This document shows positions 1 to 12,014 of a stretch of DNA of 64,000 nucleotides, in pieces; position 1 is the first letter of the stretch, and the number at the start of each line of letters is the position of its first letter. Source of the DNA: Eledone cirrhosa. Taxonomy: Eukaryota. Location: contig OZ024740.1 of the NCBI GenBank assembly GCA_964016885.1, positions 118,854,001-118,918,000 of the forward strand. Reading direction: 5' to 3'. The position numbers and the translations under genes are program-made. The notes under the pieces were generated by a model. It was not told the origin of the DNA. It searched no databases and saw only the letters and a list, made by a program, of their open reading frames with translations.

Positions 1-99
1 TTCCCATGGCCCGTCTATAATGTATGTCTCTATTTGCTCTTCTTTACTGTCAAAAGCTTCAAGCAACATGCATCTAATTTTTTTTGCTGACTGTGGGGT

Positions 100-640
100 T
101 CTTCAACTTCTACTCCTCAATCTTGTGCTCTGTTGTCCTGACTATAAGGTTGCTTAATATTAGAGTATGTTGGGAGGTGCATTCTTCACCAGGGAGGGAC
201 TTTGTGTTTACAACTGTCAATCTATCTCATCTTCTGATCTATAGGAGATCAAGTGATTATCTCATTGTTTGAAGTTTGTGTTGCAGATAGATAGGTCATT
301 GGCATCACAGAATTCCAAGAGCCTGAAACATTCCTCATTTCTAGTACCAAACACAATAACTCCCTGGATCTCGTAGCTATCACAGTGTTGCCCATTAAGG
401 TCAATGGCAATGGTTATGCAGTCACTGCTGCTTATATGGAAAGTAGTTTGGATTAAGGACTCAAAGAACCTGTTTATTATAACTTCTGGTAGACCAGATT
501 CGTATGCATAAGCAGATATAATTGACATGGTTGTTCTATTTAGAACTCGTCTAATTTTAATGATTCTGTCATTCACTCTATTTGCAGCAATAACCTTATC
601 TACCCAGTTTCTGCTAACATACACCCTACTTCACCCAACC
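100..640 (-). mobile_element. Decayed RTE-clade LINE fragment (AP endonuclease region)
   Basis: ORF 262..624(-) has APE motifs: RVNDRIIKI, IISAYA, DLNG, GTRNEE, LLEFCDANDLSICNTNFK. Confidence 0.8.
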
Positions 641-684
641 CATTGTCATTTGTATATAAATACATATATAATGTCAAGGGTTTC

Positions 685-961
685 TGTTGTATGGACTGTG
701 AATCGAACTCACAACCTCATTGTTGTATGGACTGTTAAATTCGATTTGTTCAATTTACACGTGCTCACACATTTGCATATGAATCACATGACCTGGGCAG
801 TCAGTCAGCGTTGGTATTAAAAACTCGGTCACAGACTACTTACTTACTTTATGTTATTCTGCTACTGTGAGGAGGGGCGTTTTTGGTTGTTTCGTACAAT
901 ACACAAATTATTTGATATAACTCGCTGTGTTTTCTCTGCGAGTACCGAGAAGAATACAACA
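685..961 (+). repeat. 5' LTR (277 bp)
   Basis: TGTTGTAT...ATACAACA terminal inverted repeat; matches 5355-5620 with 8 substitutions and one 11-bp indel (manual count). Confidence 0.95.
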
Positions 962-969
962 GAGTTTAT

Positions 970-988
970 TGGCGTCGCCGATAGGATT
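970..988 (+). promoter_or_regulatory. Primer binding site, tRNA-Ser-like
   Basis: TGGCGTCGCCGATAGGATT, 8 nt after the LTR; reverse complement AATCCTATCGGCGACGCCA resembles a tRNA-Ser 3' end. Confidence 0.7.
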
Positions 989-1046
989 TACCTACATTGC
1001 CGATAGGATTTACCTACATTGCCGATAGGATTTACCTACATTGCCG
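977..1046 (+). repeat. Three perfect tandem copies of a 22-bp unit overlapping the PBS
   Basis: GCCGATAGGATTTACCTACATT at 977, 999 and 1021, then GCCG. Confidence 0.95.
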
Positions 1047-1068
1047 GGAAATTGTTTATCATAAAAAC

Positions 1069-4000
1069 ATGGCGGAACAACAAACAGCGGAGCTAATAAA
1101 GTTGTTTAGAGAACAGATGGAACAACAAATGCAACAACAGGAACAACAAATGCAACAACACAAGAAAGATATGGACACTCTGATAAAACTGTTTGGTGCT
1201 CGAGATTCTGAACAACAGAGTTTATTGGCGTCGCTAGTTGCTTCGACACCAACAGCATTCATCCGACCATTTGCTGCTTTTAATTCAACAACAGAACTAT
1301 GGCCTGTTTACTGGTCAAGATTCTGCGCGTTTGTGGCTGCTAACGCTGTACCAGAGCAACGCATGGCACAAGTGTTCCTGACTAATCAGACGGCTGCTAT
1401 CTACAAACAACTTGCAAATCTGGCTGCTCAACAAAATCCGCCTAAGGATATCAACAAGTTGACAATGGACGAAATTGTTGACTTCATGAAAGAACAGTTC
1501 GACCCAAACCTTTTCATTGTGAGAGAACGTTTCAAGTTCTGGAGTGACATGCAACGGAAGCCAGGCGAAACATTCCAGGAGCTGGCAGCACGTATACGTC
1601 AGGATGCAGCTACCTGTGATTTTCCTTCGATCACAAATCCACAAGATGAAGCTCTAAGTCAGAGATTTATATGTTCTGTCAATAATGAAGCTGTGTTGAA
1701 GGCTATTTTCAAGATCAAGGATACAGAACTAGATTTCGCCCGTGCTGTCCAAGTTGCCATCGGGACCGAATACGCAGCAAAGGTTGCCAAGGAAACTGAT
1801 TATGGTTCCAAAACCAAGCAAGTCTACAAGGTCCAGCAGAACAAGAACAAGGGTCCTCGAAAGAACCATCAGCAGTCTTATTCCACAGACCAGGAGTTGT
1901 GCTACCGATGTAGAAAGGCCCACAAAGCGACAGACTGCCCCTTCAAAGAAGCCAAATGTCATTTTTGTGACAAAAAGGGACATTTGTAGAAAGAAACAAC
2001 ATCAGCAACGTAATCATCGCTCACAGAATTACGTGAAAAGAATCACGAAAGCTGAGCAAGTCAAGGCGATCCTTGGTGAAGTTCCCCACGATACTCATAG
2101 TTTGAATGTGCCAATAACAATCCAGAACAGACTTTTCACAATGGAATTGGACACAGCTACTACAGGCAATTTTGTTTCCTTGTCAGTTTGGAAACAATTA
2201 GGAAAACCGAAGCTGCAAGATGTCAAACATCGATTTGAATCTGCCAGCAAGCACGACCTGCCCGTTCTGGAAAATTTCATGGGCCAAACCAAGCATCCAA
2301 CGACCGGTAAACGGAATTCAATACCCTACATCGTCACCAAGATCCCTGATCTTAATTTGCTGGGACGAAACGCTATCCAGACTCTGGGAATTTCCGTGGA
2401 CAATGCTCTAGGATTGAAAAGCATAGACAGCCAGGCCAAGAGTGAGGGTGCAGAAGTGATGCATCCAAAGACCTCAAATGAGCCCTATATTTCCATGCAA
2501 CGAGATTGTCACAACATGTGTGATGAATTCCCAGATCTCTTCAAGCAAGAATTGGGATGTCTTAATGACTTCGAACTGGAAGTGAAGTTCAAGTCGGACG
2601 TGACACCGGTCTTTCACAAGGTACGCCCGGTCCCGTTTGCTCTTCGTGATGACCTGGCCAAAGGTTACGAAGAAGGCATCGACAAAGAAATCTGGAAGCT
2701 AGTACAGTTCAACGAATACGGAACGCCAGTGGTACCGATTCGTAAAGCACATACTTCAGGCAACCTGAAGCCCAAACTACGGATTTGTGGTGACTACTCT
2801 GTGGGAATTAATGACCAACTTGCAGATCATCGTCATCCAATGCCACTCCCAGAGGAACTGATGCAGAAGCTCGGAGGTGGATTTGGATACACAAAGATTG
2901 ATCTTGCTGATGCCTATAATCAGATCAAGCTGGCTCCAAAAAGTCAACGCAGGCTTGCACTCAGCACTCACCGTGGGGTGCTCCTGCAGGAACGACTCCC
3001 TTTCGGAATCAAGTCAGCACCTGGTTACTTTTAGGAGATCATGGAAAACCTGACTCAAGATCTACCTGGTGTGGCCGTCTTCCAGGACGAGATGCTCTTC
3101 AGTGGGAAAGATGCAAACGATCACCTGAACAACCTTAAGTGTCTACTCACACGTCTGTGCGACAAAGGACTCAGATGTCGCCGTGACAAGTGCCAGTTTG
3201 CACTACACAGTGTGGAATACCTTGGACACACCTTGTCGGCTGAAGGGATCGCGAAGGGATCCAAGGTCGAAACAGTTTTAAAGATGCCACCTCCAACGAA
3301 CGTCTCAAGTTTGAAGTCTTTCCTGGGTTCAGTTCAGTTCTATGGAAAGTTTATCCCAAACCTGGCCAGCATGGCAGAGCCACTCTATTGCCTTACGAAA
3401 AAAACGACTACTTGGAAGTGGGGACATGAAGAACAGTCAGCTTTCCATCAGTCGAAAAATGTGCTTTCATCGAATCGAGTTCTGATACACTTCGATCCAA
3501 ACAACACTTTGGGACTGGCTTGCGACGCGTCAAACGTTGGTATTGGAGCAGTCCTGTTTCATCGATATCCTGATGGAAGCGAGCGCCCAATATCCAATGT
3601 GTCCAAGACTCTTACTTCTGCACAGCGTAACTACGGCCAAATTCAAAAGGAAGCCCTGGCCATCATATTTGGCTTGCAGAAGTTCTATCAGTATCTGTAC
3701 GGACATCACTTTATACTCGTAACTGACCACAAGCCACTGACATCACTGTTCAGTCCGAGGAAAGGGACGCCACTTCTCGCTGCTAACCGACTAGCACGGT
3801 GGGCCCTGTGGCTGAACCAGTTTGACTACACCATCGAATATCGGAAAACAGCGGATCATGGCAATGCAGATGCCCTCAGTCGCTTGCCATTTGGTAATGA
3901 CATCGACCTTGACAGGAAGGAAAATGGTGAAGACATGGACATGGTGTGCGCCATCAAAGCTCTCAGTCTTCAAGTCCAACCTATCGATGCTAATGTCCTC

Positions 4001-5320
4001 CGTCAAGAGTCAGGGAAAGATCCAGTGATATCTACAGTGATACGCTACGTGCGTGAAGGCTGGCCACCAAAGAATACTGAGATCAATGACGAAGTCAATA
4101 AGTTCCGGAAGTTATCGGATTCACTCAGTATCTGCCACGGATGCCTTATCCATGGATCGAGAGTTGTGATTCTACATAGCTTACAGCCAAAGATTCTCAA
4201 TCTTCTGCATCTCGGACACTTTGGCATGGAGCGCATGAAACAATTGGCAAGAACTGCTGTTTATTGGCCTGGTATCGATGCTGCTATAAAGAAAACCAGT
4301 CGACAATGTGATTCGTTTGGTGAACATCAAAACCAGCCATCCAAGTCTCCAGTTCACCCATGGATGTTACCTGAAAAGCCGTGGAGCCGCTTACACCTGG
4401 ACCACGCAATCAATTTCATGGGCAGTAATTGGTTGGTGATCACGGATGCTTATTCCAAGTATCCATGCATTCATCCTACGTCATCCACGTCCTCCAGAGC
4501 CACTTTAGATCTACTTGAAGAAGACTTTGCGCACTTCGGATTTCCTCACACGCTAGTCACCGATAACGCACCAACTTTTGTTTCTGAAGAGTTCCAGTGT
4601 TGATGCAAAGAACGTGGGATCACGCACCTAACAGGGGCACCTTTCCACCCAGCTACCAACGGAGCAGCGGAACGTTTGGTGCAGACCTTCAAACAAGCTC
4701 TGAGGAAGACTTCTCTTCCGCCGAATGGAGAACTTCAAGAGTTCTTGATGCAGTACCGGAGAACACCGACATCCAGTGGATTCTCTCCGAGTGAACTTTT
4801 GAATCACCGGCAGATACGGACAAGGATTGATTCTCTGTTGCCCTCGCCAGCACACATCGCTCAAGGCAAGCAGTCTAAGGAAGCATATAAGTCTCAGATG
4901 ACTCCGGACTCGGCAGGTGTCGCTAAGGTTACCAGGTAGTACACGGCAGGATATCCTGTGTATGCACAGTACTACGGACCTCGCCGAGACAAAGATCCCC
5001 GATGGGTACCAGCAATCATTAAGAAGTCTTTGGGTACTCGCTGCTTCAACGTTAAGGTCATACCTCATGGCCCGGTGTGGAGACGACACTGGGAACAGCT
5101 GCAACCGCGGTACACTGCTGAGGAAGACAATGAACCTGGTGATGCAGTAGACACTCTTTTTGAATTTGCAACAGATCACCCGATGGAGATCTCGGAAATC
5201 GTGCCACTAACTCCAAGACAGACCAGACCCAAGACCTTATTGCCCGTTCCAGAGTATGGACCAGACAATCGAAGACGGTCGAAGAGAAATCGTAAACCCC
5301 CAGAGAGACTTTGCTGTTGA
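1069..5320 (+). pseudogene. gag-pol polyprotein, disrupted
   Basis: Gag zinc knuckles (CYRCRKAHKATDC, CHFCDKKGH), protease ELDTA, RT (KIDLADAY, LPFG, FQDE), RNase H (CDAS, TDHKPL, NADALSR), integrase (HLGH, TDNA, NGAAER); frameshift near 1986, stops at 3032, 4601, 4937. Confidence 0.93.
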
Positions 5321-5344
5321 TGCTTCTTTTGTCGCATCAATTTC

Positions 5345-5354
5345 GGTGGGGAGG
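5345..5354 (+). promoter_or_regulatory. Polypurine tract
   Basis: GGTGGGGAGG immediately before the 3' LTR. Confidence 0.8.
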
Positions 5355-5620
5355 TGTTGAATCGAACTCACAACCTAATTGTTGTATGGACTGTTAAATT
5401 CGATTTGTTCAATTTACACGTGCTCACACATTTGCATATGAATCACGTGACCTGGGCAGTCAGTCAGCGTTGGTATTAAAAACTCAGTCACAGATTACTT
5501 ACTTACTTTATGTCATTCTGCTACTGTGAGGAGGAGCGTTTTTGGTTGTTTCGTACAATACACAAATTATTTGATATAACTCGTTGTGTTTTCTCTGCGA
5601 GTACCGAGAGGAATACAACA
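5355..5620 (+). repeat. 3' LTR (266 bp)
   Basis: Direct repeat of 685-961 lacking TATGGACTGTG near its start; followed by TSD GTTTC. Confidence 0.95.
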
Positions 5621-5859
5621 GTTTCCATTAAAAAATGAAAGAAAAAGAGCACTCTGTGTCATCAACAGAGCAAAAGTATTAATGTTTGCTCAACATCACA
5701 GACATCTTATCTCATGCCTGATGAAATGCTGTTCCAAGTACACTCTAAACTGTATGGCTAATACAGAGGCATACTTCGAAACCTAATGTAGTGATCAACT
5801 TCTTTATCTACCAGGCATAATATATATATATATATTCAAAACAAATATGGTGGAGGAGA

Positions 5860-6170
5860 AAACAAATACGCTAAAGGCTACTGATGAGGTTTATGACTGG
5901 AACAAATAAACAAACAGACAGAGGGGCACAGTGGCTAAAGCTGTTAAATAAAGACATGGGCATGAAAATACTGGAAGAGGTTGATGAATGAATGGGAGGA
6001 GGTGAGACTACCCCCAGCTTACACAGTAAAGGGACTACCTATCAAAATTGACAGTTATCAGGTCAAAGAAGCAATCAAAGAAATGAAAACTGTAAGGCCA
6101 CCGTTCTGTCAGTTGGATACTGAAATCTTCTGAGGAAGTACGAGTTGAACTAGTCAATCGATTAACCAAT
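5860..6170 (+). mobile_element. Highly decayed RTE LINE fragment
   Basis: Translates in pieces to LKATDEVYDW and PIKIDSYQVKEAIKEMKT, matching the RTE at 14380-14900. Confidence 0.65.
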
Positions 6171-6189
6171 CATATATATATATATATAC

Positions 6190-6970
6190 AAATTTTCAAT
6201 ACCCGAATTACTTGATCGTTTTTTTGGCTATGCGAATGATTGTTTAACCATCGTCTCAGTGTGTTTGGCCTTTAACATTTGTTATAGCTCTGGTTCTTCT
6301 GAATCATTGAGCACTTGCCGCACATCTCGGAGGTTGTTTTTCGTTATTTCGTGGGCCGAAGTGCGAATCTCGATAATTTATGTTTGTATTATTCTCCAGA
6401 CTCTAGCTATTGACCAGTTAATTTTCTTGATTTTTTAGTTGATTCTATTGACTGATGAATAGCTTATGTTAATTTTAACCCTTCTGTTCAGAACTCTATT
6501 CGATTTGTGATGTTTTTGCATTGTTGCAAGAATATACACAACTGAATTCATTCGCCAGATATAGGGGTTGCCTCCCTTGCCGATCCCCACGTGGGGTCAG
6601 CAATAGTCAGTCCTTGTATTAACATTGAACTAAAACCTGTTGAGAAAGTGGCTTCCTTGTTCAATCATCTTACCAGAAGCCTGACATTATATATGTAAGA
6701 GGACGGTACTTTATTTAGGAGCCACAGAAACCCATATACTGGATTTTACCAACCTTCCAGGGGTCTGGGTAAATTTTCAATACCCGAATTACTTGATCGT
6801 TTTTTTGGCTATGCGAATGATTGTTTAACCATCGCCTCAGTGTGTTTGGCCTTTAACGTTTGTTATAGCTCTGGTTCTTCTGAATCATTGAGCACTTGCC
6901 GCACATCTCGGAGGTTTTGTTTCGTTATTTCGTGGGCCGAAGTGTGAATCTCGATAATTTATGTTTGTAT
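6190..6970 (-). mobile_element. Short Penelope-like derivative with 200-bp direct repeats
   Basis: 6190-6389 matches 6771-6970 (about 5 differences); minus-strand interior reads HKSNRVLNRRVKINISYSSVN, similar to the PLE linker HKxxKxFNRxTxKxSYS; flanked by (TA)n. Confidence 0.6.
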
Positions 6971-6996
6971 ATAAATATATATATATATTATGTATG

Positions 6997-7682
6997 TAGG
7001 TAGAACACTGGAAGGTAATATCCGTAGTAGTAGAGCACTCAGTCCATGGGACGAGTTTGGTAGAAGTAGTAACACAATAGTTAGTTCACCATACCGGGAA
7101 CAAATGTTTCACCTTAGCAGATCTTCAGCTCGGACTGGTATTGGTTATATGAACAGGAAAAGGAGAAACAACCGTATGAACACGCATGTGCAGAAACGGT
7201 CACTTCACCCATGCGATAAAAAAACAACAGGTTTAAGGGAGGTAACTGCGAATGCCCGGAATAAATTGTTCTATTTGATTAGATAATTGGAATATTGCTG
7301 TTATTCAATCCGGAACTTTGTAGTTATTCAAGAGGTCTTTCCAGACGTGTGGACAACGTGAGAAGATTTCATTTCTTGAATTTAGGCAATCGCTATTGCA
7401 TAATTTCCTTAGAATATTTATCCTTTCTTCAATACACAGTTCACAAGACGGATTGCCCCTAGCATATGGCTTGGACTTAGTGATAGCTTTCCATTGAATG
7501 GAGTAGTCTATACCTGAGGCTTTGAGGGACCATACGTGGCTCGCGAGCTTCGTGGATGATCGTTTGTCCGGGTACCTAAACTTTTCCTGTTCATATAATC
7601 ATTACCAGTCTGAGTTGAAGATCTGCTAAGGTGAAACATTTGTTCTTGGTATGGTGAGCTAACTGTTGTGTTACTACTTCTA
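6997..7682 (-). mobile_element. 5'-truncated Penelope-like element with inverted pseudo-LTR
   Basis: Inverted repeat 7061-7162 / 7581-7682; between them the minus strand encodes a GIY-YIG C-terminus TKLASHVWSLK..YSIQW..PY..CELCIEE..LNSRNEIFSRCPH. Confidence 0.88.
7094..7133 (-). ncRNA. Type I hammerhead ribozyme motif
   Basis: ccgag-CTGAAGA-tctgctaaggt-GAAA-catttg-TT-cccgg; homologues at 7610-7649(+) and 38631-38671(+). Confidence 0.65.
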
Positions 7683-8313
7683 TTATATATGTATATATAG
7701 TAAAAGAGGCCAAGAAAAAAATTTCAATAAAGCTAGTAGCATGAATTTGGTCTATTAGTTTTAAGGTAACCATGCTACACTGATGCCGTAAAAAGTTAGA
7801 CAAAAATACATGTAAACATAACTTTTCACTTCCCTCCAAAAGAAAGATCAGACTGTTCATTTTCTTAAGCATGTTAATTGAAGAATTGAATAATTCTTGA
7901 TTCATTGTATTTACGTCCCTTTCTCCTTCAAAGTTGCAAACAACATCCACTAGGTTTTGTTTTCCTTGTGTGTGCAAGAAAGAATAATTTCCATAAAGAA
8001 GAATTTATCATCTACAGTATTCAGTGTAAATACTTTGGCCTATATATATATGTGTGTTCGAATATTTATATAAGTGAGTGTTAAAAGTACAATATTGTAA
8101 CTTGTCTAATATAAAAATATAAAAATCAGTATATTTTTAGATATTCTTTAACAGTAAAATTTGAAGAGAAATTGATTATTAAATTCTGGAACTGAACAGT
8201 TAGATAATGCTTCCGGCTGCATAAAAATATTGTCCTGAGGTTATAACATTATGCAGTTTGTATCTCTTTCTATATATACTATCTATACATCTATAAATAT
8301 ATATATACACACA

Positions 8314-8344
<31 letters not shown>

Positions 8345-9460
8345 GGGGGGGGGTGTATGTGTGTGTGTAATTCTCAATGAAAAAAATGAAGAAGGCAACA
8401 GTTCAATAAAAACTCTATATTCTGCAAATGCAGAGTATATTCTAATATATATATATAAATATGTATACATATCTATAAACACATATACACAAACAAAGGA
8501 CACATATGCATATACTCAATATATATATATATATATATACACTTAATCACTATCAACATTATCGTCATTTGCCGTATACGTTTCATGCTAGCATGGCTTG
8601 GATGTGATTTTTTTCAAGTTGAGGTATTTCCTGTTCACTGTTGCTTGACTCCTAGATAGGTTTCAAGATCACATTTCTCATGTATGTTTCATTTTGGTAT
8701 AGTTTCTAGAGTTAGACACCTTTCTTGATACCAACCAATTTATACAGTGTAGTGGGTGTATTCTAGCTTAGCATTAAATCTAGAGGGGTTGATTCATCAT
8801 ATATGAGGTTAAATAGTTCTTTCTACTATAGAGGGTTCCCATTTCTCCAAGACATTTGTCTGGAAAAATGGAGGTTAATTAGAATAGATACGACTTTTAA
8901 GCTTATGTGCTATGAAAAAAAAGCACTCTATAAAGAGGTTGCAATTAACTAAAGATATCCACCTGAGAATCTGGTCAAATGAACGGAAGCTTATTAGCAA
9001 AATTGAGAGAGGATCCATCTTATTCATCATCATATATGAGGGAGTGTGTTTGTGCATGCACTCATACATAAGTGTCTTACTAAAAATTCACTTTGGAGAG
9101 TAAGGACTATATTAAAACAACCTCAAAATGAAGCTTACTCATAAGCTACAAATTGTTATTGTTTGGCAGATTGTTGATATATGAATAAAATCCAATGTAT
9201 AAATATCCTTGTCTCATGGGCCAGTGTATAGAATATGTTATGTAAGAATGCTCCCTGGGTTACGAACATTTTAAACCAATGTGATCTGAAAATGAAGGGC
9301 TGTCTGACCTGTCACGGGAACGTCTGTTAGAAAACAATATGAACACGTAAATGAATGCAAATAAACGTTTGACTTACATCAACAATGAATTGCACTACAT
9401 TTAAGTCTACTCTAGTTCCCATGTATTTTGTATTCTTTATATATTGATGTATTGTGGATG

Positions 9461-9492
<32 letters not shown>

Positions 9493-9607
9493 AGTGTGTG
9501 CTGTCATGGAAACAGATCATTAAACAGTGATGAAGATGATATATATTACATATCTCTCCCTATATATAGATGAATATAAATATATGCTCACCCACACACA
9601 CACACAC

Positions 9608-9658
<51 letters not shown>

Positions 9659-9677
9659 CATACATACATTATATATA

Positions 9678-9768
9678 CTTTGCCTTTCATCCTTACGGGG
9701 TCGATAAAATAAAGTACCAGTAATGCACTGGGTAATTGCTGGCCTTGTGCCTAAAGTAGAAACAATTA
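9678..9768 (+). mobile_element. tRNA-SINE family 1, 3' part
   Basis: Reverse complement of the 10289-10385 segment. Confidence 0.85.
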
Positions 9769-9859
9769 TACATATATAAAATTGTATTCCTTTCTGTTTG
9801 TTTGTTTGTTCACGAACTCCTCCTATGGTTTTGGAGATAGACCTCCATAACAATATATA

Positions 9860-10642
9860 TTCTGAAACTACATTGGCCCGGGTACTTGGATAAGTATATT
9901 TCATTTTAATCAAAGGGTTCTCCGAGGGCACAAAACACCCGCTGAAAATCCCTGCTGAAAATGTCTTCCCTTCAATTTATATGAAATTTAAACCATAGGT
10001 AAATGACAAGAGATGATGCCTATTCACAAAATTCAGCAAAATTTAATAATATTAAGACACCCTAATGGGGGTTAAACCTCCTATTAGGGTTCCCCGAGGG
10101 CACAAACGCCCACTGAAATGTTTTCCCCCGTTTTAACGTTTTATATGAAATTTAAACCATAGGTAAATTACAAGATATGATGCCTATTCACAAAAGCTTT
10201 GAATTGATATTTTGGAAAAAAATATTTACAAGAAACAAAATAAGAATAAGATTTAATAATGTAATTTGGATTTGATATATTACAAAAAATAATTGTTTCT
10301 ACTTTAGGCACAAGGCCAGCAATTACCAAGTGCATTACTGGTACTTTATTTTATTGACCCCATAAGGATGAAAGGCAAAGTCAACCTCGGCGGGATTTGA
10401 ACTCAGATCGTAAAGGGACGTAACTATGCTGGAAAGCATGGTGCCTGACCTTCTACCGATACTGCCAATCCACCGCTACAAAAAAATAATGTTTTCCAAT
10501 TTTTCATGCATTACATTTTACACTGAGTATTATTGAAATGCAGAGTTTTTATACATAAATTATATCACTGATTTTAAATCAATCATCTTTTTCTTACAAA
10601 AGAAATGTGTGAAAGGCAGCAAGGCACGGGTAATTTGGCTAG
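9860..10642 (+). mobile_element. Probable non-autonomous Helitron 3' portion
   Basis: Ends GCACGGGTAATTTGG-CTAG|T; contains ~110-bp direct repeats (9914-10030, 10086-10195) and a nested SINE. Confidence 0.5.
10289..10476 (-). mobile_element. tRNA-SINE family 1 (central domain GCCTTTCATCCTTACGGGGTCGATAAAATAAAGTACC, Meta/MESC-like)
   Basis: B box GGATTTGAAC on +, multiple copies in the window, TSD-like TACAAAAAA(A)TAAT. Confidence 0.9.
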
Positions 10643-10663
10643 TATATATATATATATATATAT

Positions 10664-10774
10664 ATAGGAACGAGAAGGACCCCGACGGCTGAGCTCAAGC
10701 CGTTTCGACGGCTAATTCAGAATTAGCCGTTGAAACGGCTTGAGCTCAGCCGTCGGGGTCCTACTCGTTCCTAT
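10664..10774. repeat. 111-bp near-perfect palindrome containing hammerhead helix II/III
   Basis: 54-bp arms around loop CAG (10718-10720), 2 non-Watson-Crick positions. Confidence 0.95.
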
Positions 10775-10850
10775 TACCCACTCTACTACCCTAAGTATTG
10801 AGTACTTTGGTGCGTTATGGTCCACCTGGTTCCTTACCACATTTCCTTCG

Positions 10851-10892
<42 letters not shown>

Positions 10893-10991
10893 CCAAATTA
10901 CCCCGTGTCTTGCTGCATTTCACACATTTCTTTATATATATATATATATATATAGCCAAATTACCCGTGCCTTGCTGCGTTTCACACATTT

Positions 10992-11063
<72 letters not shown>

Positions 11064-11205
11064 CGTAAAATCATCTCATATTATTGTTCTGCAACCCCAT
11101 GCATTGAACCACAATGTTACTAAGACAAAACCTATATATTTGCTAGCATTGATATGCATCTGTATGTATATATATGTTACTAGATATTAATTCTTTATAT
11201 ACATA

Positions 11206-11242
<37 letters not shown>

Positions 11243-12014
11243 AGCTCATAGATAGGACAACACACGGTTTTCCGTGGGGGTAAGTTTTTATTAATTTTCG
11301 TATTCTGAAAGACCAAGATACAACAATAATTTTCACTCATTAGAAGCCGGGAAACGTTCTGAGAAAAGCTGTGAAAGCTACAGAAATATTCCATATATTC
11401 TTCCAGAGCAATCTCTATTTGGAATTTATATTTTACACTGACTTGTCTACCATTGCAAAAGGCCATGAATTCAAATTTTTGAAGAGAGAGGAAAAGAGAC
11501 AAGTGAACTATGAACTTGTACATCTCACTGACCGCCACCACCACAAAAAGAATATCGTCTACACTCGCCCCCCAACATCACCACATTACTCATTACACTA
11601 TCTAAGGTGGCTGACCTGTTGACTGTTGACATACTGCTAACACTTTTAATGTATGTATGTGTATGTGTATATATAGATATATATATGTGTGTGTATATGT
11701 GTATGTATATGTATATCTCAGTGGATGCGACCAGATTTCAACACAGCAACAACTACAACAACAACAACAACAACAATGGCGCATCAACAACAAGAACAAC
11801 AACAGCAACAACCACATTGTCTGTGTTGAATGTGTGTGTATGTATGTATTTATATATATGCGACTACAATAACAGCATCAACACTATTGTCTGCAGCAAC
11901 AGCAGAAGTGAAATGAAGAACAACAACAGCGACAACAACAACAACAACGACGACAACAGAAACAACACCATTGTCTGTGTTGAATGTGTGTGTATGTATG
12001 TATTTATATATATG

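Larger units (their letters stand above)
685..5620 (+). mobile_element. Full-length decayed Ty3/Gypsy LTR retrotransposon (Mag-like)
   Basis: Paired LTRs with TG...CA ends, TSD GTTTC (680-684 and 5621-5625), PBS, PPT, domain order gag-PR-RT-RNaseH-IN. Confidence 0.96.

Noticed and set aside
1742-1989. Programmed gag-pol frameshift
   Set aside because: The break falls inside the second zinc knuckle with no slippery site, so a decay indel is more likely
7591-7977. 128-aa minus ORF as a host exon
   Set aside because: No suitable splice acceptor after the upstream stops, and its end runs into a PLE repeat
11330-11370. Hammerhead-like GAAACGTTC segment
   Set aside because: No CTGAnGA box (CTCATTA) and no convincing helix II
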